Shown in pieces: positions 1 through 12,789 of a DNA stretch of 64,000 nt. Source of the stretch: Squalus acanthias (lineage: Eukaryota); the NCBI GenBank assembly GCA_030390025.1, contig CM059432.1, forward strand, positions 8,928,001 to 8,992,000, in the 5' to 3' direction. Within the stretch, counting starts at the first letter, position 1, and each line of letters begins with the position of its first letter. The notes beneath the pieces are model-generated. The model made no database searches. It was given only the letters and a program-made list of their open reading frames with translations, and was not told the DNA's origin. Position numbers and translations under genes: made by a program.

Positions 1-705
1 TACCCTGTCACTGCTTTCTCCCCATATCCCTTGATCCCCTTAGCCTTAAGAAATATATCTAACTCCTTTTTGAATATATTTAATGAATTGGACTCAACTG
101 TCTTCTGTGGTAGAGAATTCCACAGGTTCACCACTCTCTGGGTGAAGAAATTCCTCCTCATCTCAGTCCTAAATGGCTTACCCCTTATCCTTAGACTGTG
201 ACCCCTGGTTCTGGACTCCCCCACCATCGGGAACATCCTTCCTGCGTCTAGTCTGTCTAGTCCTGTTAGAATTTTATAAGTTTCAATGAGATCCCCTCTC
301 ATTCTTCTAAACTCTAGCGAATACAAGCCCAATCGACCCAATCTCTCCTCGTACGTCATTCCTGCCATCCCAGGTATCAGTCTGGTGAATCTTCGCTGCA
401 CTCTCTCCATGGCAAGAACATCCTTCCTCAGATAAGATGAACAAAACTGTACACAATACTCAAGGTGTGGTCTCACCAAGGAGAACAACCCCAGCTTCTC
501 CAGTCTCTCCACGTAACTGAAGTCCCTCATCCCTGGTACCATTCTGGTAAATCTCTTCTGCACCCTCTCCAATCCTTGACATCCTTCCTAAAGTGTGGTG
601 TCCAGAATTGAACACAGTTCTCTATCTGAGGCCTAACCAGTGATTTATAAAGGTTTAGCATAACTTCCTTGTTTTTGTACACAATGCTTCTACTTGTAAA
701 GCCAA
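1..705 (-). mobile_element. CR1 LINE 3' RT fragments (two subfamilies abutting near 480)
   Basis: Reverse strand matches the CR1 ORF2 C-terminal sequence (RNFFTQRVVNLWNSLP-type) seen in many other copies in the window. Confidence 0.8.
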
Positions 706-1243
706 GGGGGCGGGGGAGAAATTCATTATAGCCCCGTTTGGGGCGCTAATTTAAAAAGTTTGAAAAGTGAGCCCCAGGCACTAACCTTTTCAAACTTTTG
801 AAAAATTTGCCGTTTGCGCTCCAGGAAGGAAGTGGATCAAGCGCTAAATCAAGCGCTCCACTTCCTTCTTGGAGCACAATCGGCAGCAGGCGGGGCGGAG
901 ACTTCAGCAGTGTTGCACACTGGGCCGTGCAGCGCCGCCCCGTTCAAAGGCTCCTTCCCTCTCTTAAAGGGAAGGGCCATCGCTGCAGGCTCTGCAATAG
1001 AAAAAGTACCGACCTGGACCACCAAGGCACCCACGCGATCAGCCCGGCACTCAAGCAAGTCACTCAGTTGTATAAGGCGGCTCACCACCACCTTCTCAAG
1101 GGCAATTAGGGTGGGGTAATAAATGTCGGCTTTGCCAGCGACGCCCACATCCCGTGAACGAATAATTCAAAAAACAAACAGGTAGCTTGCGGACTATTTC
1201 CATGCTATTCGTTTAACCATTTGCATGAATTTAACATCCACAG

Positions 1244-1538
1244 CTCCACTCTGATTCGGACAATGGCAATATCACTCTGAGGTACAACCTAACAGGTGAT
1301 GGAGTTGGCACAATATTCACCATCGACGAGGATAAAGGAGACATTTATCTCATAAAGAAGCTGGACCGAGAGGAGAAGGCCTATTACACCCTGCGGGCGC
1401 AAGTGGTGGACAAAGCAACCAACCAGCGCGTCGAGCCAGAGTCAGAGTTCAATATTAAAGTCCAGGACATCAATGACAATGAACCCCAGTTTCTGGATGA
1501 GCCGTATGTGGCCACTGTTCCTGAAATGTCGCCTGATG
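1244..1538 (+). CDS. cdh19: Type II classical cadherin (CDH19-like), internal coding exon: most of EC1 and EC1-EC2 linker
   Basis: cag|CTCCAC...CCTGATG|gtaagg; 295 nt, phase 0-1. Translates [98 protein letters not shown](G). Has LDRE and DINDNEP Ca-binding motifs. DNGN, RAQV, FLDEPY and MSP(D/E)G match my recollection of CDH19 rather than CDH7. Not in the ORF track. Confidence 0.93.
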
Positions 1539-2654
1539 GTAAGGGAATAGAAATTGTCCCCTCGTGATGGAAAATTCACTCACGTAGGTGGGGTGGGGGA
1601 AGAGATCAACAGGCCAAACCTCCATTGGCCTCATGAAAATTTCTATCCGAGGGTAAAATTAGAATTAACCTCGGGGTAGATTTTGGTCTGGGCCCACTTT
1701 CTGCATTTCTAGCTTGTTGGTGGTGGGCCGCTTGCTAGGCCGCCTTCACGCCTGAAAGACCTGACACCTACCCTGCTCAGGTCAGTACAGTTTCCCTGAG
1801 GGATCATTAGGCCTCTCATTCACATACGCAAGGAGGCTAACAACTTTATGTGGCTGCTCCCGATGCCTAAAAAATGGTCCGACCCAATATTGGGTTTGAC
1901 GCCTTTCAGGCATCCTTGGAGTGCAGGACGTTGGTCCCTCAAATTGGCTCTCGTTGCACCCATAAAAGAGGCACAAAGAGGTCCAATTTATACCTCTTTG
2001 TTCCTCTGACTCAAGCCTTTCCGTCTCCCCACCCCTGGCAGCTGTGCTCTCAGCCACCTGGGCCCCACATTCTATAATTCCTTTCCAAAACCACTCTGCC
2101 TCTCCATCTCCATGTCTTCGACAGCACCTCCCAAACCCCTAGAAGGACAAGGGCAGCAGGCACATGGGAACACCGCCACCTCCAAAGTTCTCTTTCAAGT
2201 CACACACCATCCTGACTTGGAAATATATCGGCCGATCCTTCATCGTCGCTGGGTCAAAATCCTGGAACTCGCTACCTAACAGCACTGTGGGAGCACCCTC
2301 ACCACACGGACTGCAGCGGTTCAAGAAGGCGCCTCACCACCACCTTCTCAAGGGCAATTAGGGATGGGCAATAAATGCCGGCCTTGCCAGTGACACTCAC
2401 ATCCCGTGAATGAATAGTAAAAAAAATCTCCCTCTCCTCTCTTTGACCAACAGTCCTAATATTTCCTTCTTTCACTTAATGTTCATTATTTTGATTCCGC
2501 CTCTGTTTAGCACCCTGAGATTTTTCTTCTGTGTTAAAGGCACTATATGAATGCAATTTCATGCTGTTATTCTGCATTCACCCTCTTTACAGGGTGATTC
2601 AGAGCAGCAATAGGAGCACCAGAACACAAGTGCTCGTGCACCAGATTTGTATAT

Positions 2655-3198
2655 GTGCGTACAGCTCTGGTCACCACATTACAGGAAAACTGTGATTGCA
2701 CTAGAGAGGGTTCAGAGGAGATTTACGAGGATGTTGCCAGGAGTGGAGAATTTTAGCTTTGAGGAAAGATTGGGTAGGCTGGGGTTGTTTTCTTTGGAAC
2801 AGAGGAGGCTGAGGGGGGATTTAATTGAGGTGTATGAAATTATGAGGGGCCTAGATAGAGTGGATAGGAAGGACCTGTTTCCCTTAGCAGAGGGGTCAAT
2901 AACCAGGGGGCATAGATTTAAAGTAATTGGTAGAAGGATTAGAGGGGAGTTGAGGAGAACTTTTTTCACCCAGAGGGTGGTGGGGGTCTGGAACTCACTG
3001 CCTAAAAGGGTGGCAGAGCCAGAAACCCTCATCACATTTAAAAAGTACTTGGATATGCACTTGAATTGCCGTAACCTACAGGGCTACGGACCAAGAGCTG
3101 GAAAGTGGGATTAGGCTGGATAGCTCTTTTTTGGCCGCCAGCGACACGATGGGCCGAATGGCCTCCTTCCGTGCCGTAAACTTCTAGGATTCTATGAT
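2655..3198 (+). mobile_element. 5'-truncated CR1 LINE
   Basis: ORF 2647..3114 (QLWSPHYRK...LERVQRRFTRMLPG...RRLRGDLIEVY...FFTQRVVGVWNSLP), then 3'UTR gggccgaatggcctcc and an attctatg tail. Confidence 0.88.
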
Positions 3199-3584
3199 TG
3201 CTGAAAGTTTGCAAGTGTAAAGCAACTGTGTCCCCAGTGCAGTCGCTCAAACGTTCCATTCCTGGTTGCTCGTTGCTGACTGCGTACTTTTCCCCATGGA
3301 GCAAAGTGACGGGTTTTGGTGCCCACTCCCACAGGCCATGCCAACCTGCAATACGCGGCCTTCAGAGGCAGGGCAGAACATGTTCCCCATGAGAACATAA
3401 GAAGTAGGCCATTGAGATGCGACTCTGTGCCACCAGTGGCCTGCGCACCATATCAGTGTGTTACAGTGGCCAGGAATTTCCTCGGAGCTGCTCCCGCTCG
3501 GTTGCCGTATTTGCGGGAAGTGCGTCGGGAGCCCCGTTTACACGTGTTACCTCCAAAGTCAGGACTGGAACAAAAGTGGACATT

Positions 3585-4135
3585 TGAGATACTAGACTAT
3601 TCCAATAGTCTCCAAGCTGACCGCCATAAACTTGAGATCATCTGGAGCTCTGCGGCCCGTATTCCTAACTTGCCCCAAGTCCCGCTCACCCATCACCCCC
3701 TGTGCTCGCCGACCGACATTGGCTCCCGGTCCGGCAACGCCTTGATTTTAAAATTCTCATCCTTGTGTTCAAATCCCTCCATGGTCTCGCCCCTCCCTAT
3801 CTCTGTAACCTCCTCCAGCCCTACAACCCTCCGAGCTCTTTGCATTCTTCCAATTCTGGCCTCTTGCAAATCCCCGATTTCCTTTGCTCCACTATTGGCG
3901 GCCGTCTAGGCCCTAAGTTCTGGAATTCCCTCCCTAAACCTCTCTGCCTCTGTGCCTCTCTCTCCTCCTTAAGTCGCTCCTTAAAGCCTACCTCTTTGAC
4001 CAAGCTTGTGGTCACCTAGCGTAATATCTCCTTATTTGGCTCGGTGTCAAATTTCTGTTTGATTGCGCTCATGTGAAGCACCTTGGGACGTTTTACTACA
4101 TTAAAGGCGCTATATAAATGCAAGTTGTAGTTGTT
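3585..4135 (+). mobile_element. L2-type LINE 3' fragment
   Basis: ORF 3702..4019 (HWLPVRQRLDFKILILVFKSLHGLAPPYL); tail gtgaagcaccttgggacg...ggcgctatataaatgcaagttg; same family as 20190..23052. Confidence 0.82.
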
Positions 4136-4147
4136 TTTGTAGTAAGC

Positions 4148-4510
4148 GTATGATACTGAGGGGGCTCGACAAGGTAGATGCAGAGAGGATGTTTCCCCTC
4201 ATGGGGAAATCTAGAACTCGGGGGCATAGTTTCAGAATAAAGGGTCGCCCTTTTAGAACTGAGATGAGGAGGAATTTCTTCTCTCAGAGGGTCGTAAATC
4301 TGTGGAATTCTCTGCCCCAGAGAGCCGTGGAGGCTGGGTCATTAAATACATTTAAGGCGGAGATTTTTGCAAGATAAGGGAGTGAAGGGTTATGGGGAGC
4401 GGGCAGGGAAGTGGCTTTGAGCCCAAGATCAGCCATGATCTTATTGAATGGCGGAGCAGGCTCGAGGGGCCAAGTGGCCTATTCCTGCTCCTAGTTCTTA
4501 TGTTCTTATG
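4148..4510 (+). mobile_element. CR1 3' fragment
   Basis: ORF 4150..4377 (TRGHSFRIKG...RRNFFSQRVVNLWNSLP), 3'UTR and ttcttatg tail. Confidence 0.85.
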
Positions 4511-4641
4511 ATGGTGTATATATCTGCCCATTTAGACTGCATCCCTTCCACGTTTCAGTTTAATAGAACAGAAAAGAGTTAAATACCTTCTAGTGCGTAA
4601 AAGAAAAGGTCTAATGAGCTAATTACTTATACTCTGTGCAG

Positions 4642-4761
4642 GAACCTCTGTTACCCAAGTGACAGCAACAGATGCTGATGATCCTTCCTATGGGAGCCAT
4701 GCCAGGATAGTGTACCACATCCTTCAGGGACAACCATACTTCTTGGTGGAGCCAACTACGG
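4642..4761 (+). CDS. cdh19: Type II cadherin coding exon, EC2 N-half
   Basis: tgcag|GAACC...ACTACGG|gtaaga; 120 nt, phase 1-1. (G)[39 protein letters not shown](G). Confidence 0.93.
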
Positions 4762-4934
4762 GTAAGACAAGTGTCTTGGATCTCGCAACAAGAAAGACTT
4801 GATAGGCTAGCTCGAGTAATAAGTAGCATTGAACACTGAAGGTGTGCGGGAGACATACATTGATGAACAAATTAGCATTAAACTGCAATTGGATATCATT
4901 ATCCATGACAGTTCACACAACCAGGAGCAGGATA

Positions 4935-5388
4935 CAGAACATACATAGGAACAGGAGGAGGCCATTCAGCCCCTCGAACCTGTTCCGCCATCCAATTAGA
5001 TCATGGCTGATCTTCATCCTAACTCCAGCCACCTGCCCTTGGCTCCACATCCCTTAATACCCCTGGCTAGCACAATTCTATCGATCTCAGATTTAAAATG
5101 ATTAATCGAGCTAGCATCTACTGCTTTTTGTGGGAGAGAGTTCCACGCTTCTACCACCCTATGCGTGAAGAAGTGTTTCCTTACTCCTCTCCTGAATGGC
5201 CTGGCTCTGATTTTAAGGTTATGTCCCCTTCTCCTAGGCTCCCCCACCAGTGGGAAAAGTTTCTCTCTATCTACCCCATCAATTCCTTTCAAAATCTTAA
5301 AAACCTCAATCAAATCAGCCCTCAACCTTCTATACTCCAGGGAATACAAACCTAGTTTATGTAATCGCTCCTCCTAATCTAACCCTTG
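4935..5388 (-). mobile_element. CR1 3' fragment
   Basis: ORF 5014..5349 (RRLRADLIEVFKIL...RKHFFTHRVVEAWNSLP). Confidence 0.85.
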
Positions 5389-6137
5389 GTTAAGAAAGAA
5401 AAGAATAAGAGTAAATCAGTGTTTTTCATGCTTTGGTTCGTAAGATCGACTCAGAAGGTTGTTCAGTATCTGAAAGAGAAAGAAAAGTTCTAGTTCCAGC
5501 TTTGACTTTTCTTGTAGAATTCAAACTTTGTGCCAACACTCTTTATTTCTGGTGACTCCCAGCGCCATCCCAGCGAACTCAAACTTAACCTGAAGTGTTA
5601 AGTGAAGGGAGTAGCTTCCTTCACGGTTATCAATCTACAGGGTATGCAATGCAGGTGTTATGGCTTGCTGACCATATATGCCTGGCCTCTACAATAAGAA
5701 ATAATATACTCCGCCAACAGACCATGCACTTCAAGCTTCACTACAAACTGTATATATCGGAAGTTTGGGGAATTTAAATTCAATGAAATAATTAGTATCA
5801 GTAATGGTGACCATGAAACGATCGGATTGTCGTAAAAACCCACCTGGTTCACTAATGCCCTTTAGGGAAGGAAATCTGCCGTCCTTACCCGGTCTGGCCT
5901 ATATGTGACTCCAGACCCACAGCAATGTGGTTGACCCTTAACTGCCCTCTGAAATGGCCAAGCAAGCCACGCAGTTGTAACAAATTGCTACGACAAAGTC
6001 ACTGTGGGAATATCTTCACTGCACGGACTGCAGTGGTTCAAGAAGGCAGCTTACCACCACCTTCTCAAGGGCAATTAGGAATGGGCAATAAATGCTGGCC
6101 TTGCCAACGATGCCCACATCTCATGAATGAATGAAAA

Positions 6138-6757
6138 TAAATAGAGGCATTGAGTACAAAAGCATGGAAGTTATGTTAAACCTATATAAATTACTGATTA
6201 GGACTGAGCTGGAATATTGTGTTTAATTCTGGGTGCCACACTTTTGAAAGGACATCATAGGCCTTAGTAGACTGGTACAGAGAAGATTTACTGGAATGGT
6301 ACCAGGGAAGAGGGACTTCAGTTATGTGGAGAGACTAGAGAAGCTGGGGTTGTTCTCCTTAGAGCAGAGAAGGTTAAGGGAGATTTAATAGAGGTGTTCA
6401 AAATTATGCAAGCTTTTGACAGAGTAAATAAGGAGAAACTGTTTCTACTGGCAGGAGGGTCGGTAACCAAAGGGCACAGATTTAAGAGAATTGGCAAAAG
6501 AACCAGAGGGGTGATGAGGAGAATTTTTTTTAACACAGCGAGTTGTTGTGATCCGGAATGCGCTGCCTGAAAGGGTAGTGGAAGCAGATTCAATAGTGAC
6601 TTTCAAAAGGGAATTGGATAAATACTTGAAAAGGAAAAAATTGCAGGGCTATGGGGAAAGAGCAGGGGGAGTGGGACTAATTGGAGAGCTCTTTCAAAGA
6701 GCCGGCACAGGCATGATGGGCTGAATGGCCTCCTTCTTAACTGTAAGATTCTATGAT
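6138..6757 (+). mobile_element. CR1 3' fragment
   Basis: Frameshifted CR1 ORF2 C-terminus with attctatg tail. Confidence 0.8.
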
Positions 6758-7448
6758 TCGAAGATGCAAAAGCTGGCAAGAGACTGGAAACAAGCCGGCT
6801 GCTTGTCCTGTGCTTTTGCAAATGTGCTGCTGTCAGAGACTGAGTTGTGGAGGTGTCCATCGATCTCTACCAGCAGGGGTCATTAAGCCAGCTGTCCGAA
6901 GCCCTCCTGATGCCAATCCCAACTGCGCATCAAATCCAGACTTAATCGCATCTTGCATTTTGGATTCCCAAAGCCTCATCGGTGGGACACTTCCTGAAGG
7001 ACAGTCCGATAGCGTTAGCTGCCAGCCCCTTGGAGGAATTCCCTGGCAGATACCACGGGTGTTACTCACTGCCCAATGGCAGCCTGCAGAGCTGGCAACG
7101 TGCTGAACTGGTTGGTAATAATTGGCAAGACTACCCGGACCAGCTTGCAGCAAATTCTGAAATGAGACAAGTAGTTGGTTCACTCATTCATGCTCATTAA
7201 ATACCCTCCACTTCACGCCTGGCCATGAGTTGTTATGGTCACAGCGAGTTGTTGTGATCTGGAATGCGCTGCCTGAAAGGGCAGTGGAAACAGATTCAAT
7301 AGTAACTTTCAACAGGGAGTTGGATTTATATGTGAAAAGGAAAAAATTTGCAGTGCTATAGGGAAGGAGCAGGGGACTGGGACTAATTGGATAGCTCTTT
7401 CAAAGAGCCGGCGCAGGCACGAAGAGCCAAGTGACCTCCTTCTATGCT

Positions 7449-7993
7449 TTTTTAAATTCATTCACGGGATGTGGGCGTCGCTGGCAAGGCCAGCATTTAT
7501 TGCCCATCCCTAGTTGCCCTTGAGAAGGTGGTGGTGAGCCGCCTTCTTGAACCGCTGCAGTCCGTGTGGTGAAGTTACTCCCACAGTGCTGTTAGGGAGG
7601 GAGTTCCAGGATTTTGACCCAGCGATGATGAAGGATCGGCTGATATACTTCTAAGTCAGGATGGTGTGTGACTTGGAGGGGAACTTGGAGGTGGTGGTGT
7701 TCCCATGCACCTGCTGCCCTTGTCCTTCTAGGTGGAAGAGGTCGCGGGTTTGAGATATGCTGTTAAAGTAGCCTTGGCGAGTTGCTGCAGTGCATCTTGT
7801 AGATCATGCACACTGCAGCCACGGTACGCCAGTGGTGGAGGGAATGAATGTTTAAGGTGGTGGATCGGGTGCCGATCAAGCGGGCTGCTTTGTCCTGGAT
7901 GGTGTTGAACTTCTTGAGTGTTGTTGGAGCTGCACTCACCCAGACAAGTGGAGAGTATTCCATCACACTCCTTACTTGTGCCTTGTAGATGGT
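7449..7993 (-). mobile_element. CR1/L2-group LINE (family B) 3' fragment
   Basis: ORF 7763..7966 (MEYSPLVWVSAAPTTLKKFNTIQDKAARLI); 3' end gggcaataaatgctggccttgccagcgacgcccacatccc plus A-rich tail. Confidence 0.82.
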
Positions 7994-9599
7994 GTATCAT
8001 TCTATGACTCTATGATTTGATGACCCCATGAGGGTCAGAAGCAAGAAGTAGATCGACTGACTTTCAGTAAAGGCACAGTTTGTGAACCTCTAAGTTTGTC
8101 CTTTCCTCGACTATGATCAACAGCTCACACTTCCATGCCCTTCTCTAACTCACTAACACCCTCAGGAGTGCGTATCTCTGAGTTGGTGCCAGCTTCACAT
8201 GTGCAGTTATGGCGGAGAGCAAAGATTGAAGACTGCAGTCGCGAGGGAAGTGGTTCCTCTTCTTTGGTTAGTGACTTTTATGGGAATAGAGAAGATGGCA
8301 TGTGATGAGGAGATGGGCATTTTTATGCATATTATCGTTGCGATGAGAGTACAGGGGTCATTTTATGCATTGCTGGCGTGGTTCCTTACCGACTGGCAGT
8401 GCCTATTGAAAATTTGGGCCCATGTTGCCCACAATCTTTCAGCCATCAATATTAATGTTTGGAAGACCATGGGCAATGCACACCCAGCATGTGCTGCGGC
8501 CATCCATTGAGCAAATCGGCATTCACCGCACAAGACGGCAGCCTGTTCCAGAGGTCCACTATTCACTGGGAGGAGAACCACCTCCTGACATCATTTTTTT
8601 AATATTTGCATAGATCTGAGCATCTCTAGTTGCTCTTGAGCTGCCTTTTTGAACCGCTGCAGTCCGTGTGATGCTTATAGCTGTTAGTTACAACTGAGTG
8701 ACTTGACTTGCTCGGTCATTTCAGAGGGCAGTTGAAAGTTGTTGTGGGTTTGGAGTCACATGTAGGCCAGACCAGGTAAGGATGGCAGATTTCCTTCTCT
8801 AAATGACATTAGTGAACCAGATGGGTTTTTACAACAATCCGATAGGTTCATGATCACCATTGCTACTACTTCTAACTTTTTAATTCCAGATTTATTTAAT
8901 TTACTGAATTTAAATTTCCCAGCTGCTATTGTGGGATTTGAACTCACGTCCTGACTTGAAACATCATTAGTCGAGGCTAGCCCACGGACATTACCACTAC
9001 GCTACCGTCCCCATCTAATGACAGGGGGTAAATATTTTCCACATTACTTTGAGGAAGAAAAGAGTCGAAATAGTTTACTGCGCTCCCTCAATGTTCCTTC
9101 ATGAAAGGAAAAAGTCGCTTTCTTTAAACAGTTTCTTCCCGGAGATACTGCAGGGAAATCAGAACTGTTACAGCGCCTTAGCAGAAATGTGGTGAATACT
9201 AATGACAGCAGCATCTGCACACATTCCAAAGACATGAATCTTTTCCCGGTGCTCCTAATTTAGAATGCTAATTTCCTTCGAAAGTCATAAACTCTAGATT
9301 TTTTTTTTTTTTTCGTTTTTATCTTGCACTAAGCCATCCCTGGGCAATTTGTAGAGACTCTGTGAAAAATCTATTACAAAGTACTTTACATCTCCCAGTT
9401 GATCCTCGGCGATTTTTTTTTTTTTATCCGGACGGTTTTGTTCTTCTCAAGGGTGGTTTGCAGCGACTTTCCTCGGCTCATCCGCAGGGCCTGGAATTTC
9501 CTGCGTGTTTGCGCACAGAAAGACGCCGACCTGGGTACAACATGTCCGAATACCCCCCCCCCACCGCCCCCAGTCACAAATGCGGGTTTCTTGCTCGTA

Positions 9600-10050
9600 A
9601 AGACAGACTTGCATTACGATAGCACCTTTCATGACCTCAGGATGTCCTAAAGCGATTTACAGCCCATGAAGTACTTTTTGAAGTGGAGTCACTGTTGTAA
9701 TGTAAGAAAACGTGGCAGCCCATTTATGCGCAGCAAGATCCCACAAACAGCAATGTGATAATGACCAGATAATCTGTTTCAGTGGCATTGGTCAAGGTAT
9801 AAATATTGGCTAGGACATCTCCCCAGCTCTTCTCTGAATTGCGTCATGGGAGCTTTGACCTAAGAGGGCAGATGGAGCCTCAGTTTAACATCGCATCTGA
9901 AAGACGGCACCTCCTACCAGTGCAGCACTCCCTCAGTGCTGCACAGGAGCATCATCCTAGATTACGTGCTCAAGCCGCTGGCGTGGGAGTGGAACCCACA
10001 ACTCATTCCTGACTCAGAAGCGAGTGTGCTGCCCACTGAGCCACTGGCTG
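9600..10050 (-). mobile_element. tRNA-derived Deu-domain SINE
   Basis: Reverse strand has a tRNA-like head (ggctcagtgg...gggttccactccc), Deu-like core ggaggtgccgtctttcagatg...ttaaac and an L2-like tail. Confidence 0.75.
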
Positions 10051-10435
10051 AGGGTCTTTTCAAGTTGTGGTCAAGGCAGGTGAAACCCAGCTGCTGCAGG
10101 AAGCATTGAAGCCGTTCTCACCTGCTTTGCGCCCGTTTTGTGTCTCGCAGAAACTTCAAAGCACATGCAGCGGAGCCTTAACTGTAGAAATGTAGGCCAG
10201 CAGCTTCCTCAACCTGTACAGGTATCGATCCATCCATGCTGCCATGGGGCAGTGGGGGTGGGGAGGGGGTGGAGGGGTGAGTGGGACCTGTGCAGGATTA
10301 GTCGAGAGAGCAGCGAGGGCCTGTGGTCGCAGGTAACCGAAGCCCTGTTCCGCAGGGCTGGGGAGTTCACTGTTGGATCCCAGAGTCCTCAGATCCCTCT
10401 GCTCCACCAACAGGAGCCTCTTCAGGCCTGCAGCC

Positions 10436-11400
10436 ATTGAGCACATAATCCAGGCTGATTCTCCAGTGCAGCACTGAGGGATTGCAGCAGTGCCGTTTTT
10501 CGGTGAGATGTTAAACCCCGTCTGCGCTCTCAGGTGAACATAAAAGACCCCATGGCCACTATTTCGAAGAAGAGCAGAGGAGTTCGTCCTGGCCATTATT
10601 TATCCCTCAATCAACATCAATAAAACAGGTTACCTGACCATTATCACACTGCTGTTTTTGGCATCTTGCTGTGCGCAAATTGGCTGCCCCATTTCCCTAC
10701 ATTACAACAGTGACTACACTTCAAAAAGTACTTCATTGGCTGTAAAGCACTTTGGGACATCTGACAGTTATACAGGGCCTTGGTGAGACCACACCTGGAG
10801 TACTATGTGCAGTTTTGGTCTCCTTACCTAAGAAAGGATACACTTGCCATAGAGGGAGTGCAGGGAAGGTTCATCAGACAGATTCCTGGGATGGCAGGAC
10901 TGTCGTATGAGGAGAGATTGGGTCGACTAGGCCTGTATTCGCTCGAGTTTAGAAGAATGAGAGGGGATCTCATTGAACCGCATAAAATTCTGACTGGGCT
11001 AGACAGACTGGATGCAGGGAGGATGTTTCCCCTGGCTGGGGGGTCTAGAACGATGGGTCACAGTCTCAGGATACAGGGTAGGACATTTAGGACTGAGATG
11101 AGGAGAAATTTCTTCACTCAGAGGATGGTGAACCTGTGGAATTCTCTACCACAGAAGGCTGTGGAGGCCAAGTCACTGAATATATTTAAGAAGGAGATAG
11201 ATAGATTTCTAGACACAAAAGGCATCAAGGGGTATGGGGAGAGAGCAGGAATATGGTATTGAGTTTGAGGATCAGCCATGATCATATTGAATGGCGGAGC
11301 AGGCTCAAAGGGCCAAATGGCCTACTCCTGCTCCTATTTTTCTATGTTTCTATGTTTCTATCCTGAGGTCGTGAAAGGCGCTATAGAAATGCAAGTTCTT
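10436..11400 (+). mobile_element. Deu-domain SINE interrupted by a CR1 (about 10767..11360)
   Basis: SINE breaks at tttgggacat (about 10760) and resumes at cctgaggtcgtgaaaggcgctatagaaatgcaag (about 11362). CR1 ORF 10780..11262 with (tttctatg)n tail lies between. Confidence 0.85.
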
Positions 11401-12325
11401 TCTGTTTCCCTTTATCTCACCCAGGAGGGCCGATAGATCACCGTCCATGAAGCTGAAAGCACTCTTTCTAGCAGCTTTCTCCTCTGAATCAGTTATCTGT
11501 GAGAAGTAAAAGATTTGAGATAATGGAGACTCTCCACAGAGAAATTTAAATGAATGAATTAAAAATCTGTATGACAGCGAGTTGTGTCCTGCTTTCCTTG
11601 CACTCTCCAGCCTCACTCGAAAGGAGATATTTTTTTGCTCCCACTTTTAGAGTCCTACACAGTAGCACCTTGGGGCCCCATTGGTTCCGTTCCACTTACG
11701 TTCAAACCACGTTGGACAATTACGCCCAGTTTGCATCCGGGCGTGTGCGAATGGGGTTGGCACAAATTTGAGCGTAACTTGACCTCGGGCGAGCGGGCAC
11801 GGGAATGGGCGCAGTTTTGGCTCCAGGCCTAGGTTTTGTTTTTCCATTGTTGCCCCTCACGGCCACTCACTGAGTCAACCCAACCACACAAGAGAAAGCC
11901 AGTGGTTATCTAACTTTGATTTCATGAAATAAATGGGCAAGTACCTCTGTGGAAAATGAAATGCTAAGCCTGCGAAGTGTCAGAGGATGCTTGTATCTCA
12001 GCTACAACTGACATACATTTTCTCCGCGCTTTAAGTGTCCTAGATAGAAGTATTCAATAAAATAGGTCTGACCTGATTTAGGTAGCTGAAATGTCATTTC
12101 GTGGAAAAGAATGAACCTTAAATTACTTACACCAGCAGAAATTGCCTCTTAGCGATTCACACATATTATCCCACAGGGACATCCTTTCGAATTGTGACTA
12201 TGGCTTTATACAAGTTAATAGAAACAATTGGATTTTCAATTTTTGTTTGTTGTTAAGTGAGTTCTTATCTGACTTGTTGTACAAGAATGTTTTTTCTCAA
12301 ACCAAGTGGGGAATATGTTCCACAG

Positions 12326-12493
12326 GAATTATTCGCGTTGCTTTACCTAATATGGACAGGGAAGCCAAAGAACAGCACCTGGTTGTTATAGAGGCGAAGG
12401 ACATGGCTGGGCTAAAGGGAGGCCTCTCAGCAACAACCACCGTGACCATCACCTTGTCTGATGTTAATGACAACAGACCGAAATTCCAGCACA
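12326..12493 (+). CDS. cdh19: Type II cadherin coding exon, EC2 C-half
   Basis: cacag|GAATT...CAGCACA|gtaagt; 168 nt, phase 1-1. [55 protein letters not shown]; lies within ORF 12142..12501. Confidence 0.93.
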
Positions 12494-12789
12494 GTAAGTA
12501 ACTTCCAGCTCAACGGGAATTCTCATTATCATAAAAGATATAAATATTGAAGACAGCGCGTAATGTCTTCCTGGAACTATTAGCATAAACTTGTAACCAT
12601 AACTGCTTTTACAAACATACAGTGTAACTTGTTCGCAAAGGCCACCTGGAGTGGCAATCTGTCAGCCCGAGAAAAAAAAGAGATAAATAATTCAGGATGT
12701 GGAGACCACCCCCCAAGCGTCCTTTCAGTCCTGACTGTTATATACTGACCCGATCGCATCTCTACCGCAAGAGCTGAGGGTTCCAGGTT

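Noticed and set aside
1..1243. First coding exon or promoter of the cadherin gene
   Set aside because: No signal peptide, prodomain or RxKR/GWVWNQF-type sequence found; the region is repeat-derived, so this exon must lie upstream of the window.
3316..3909. 197-aa ORF as a nested gene
   Set aside because: The 3' half is an alternative frame of an L2 fragment; no recognisable domain or splice structure.
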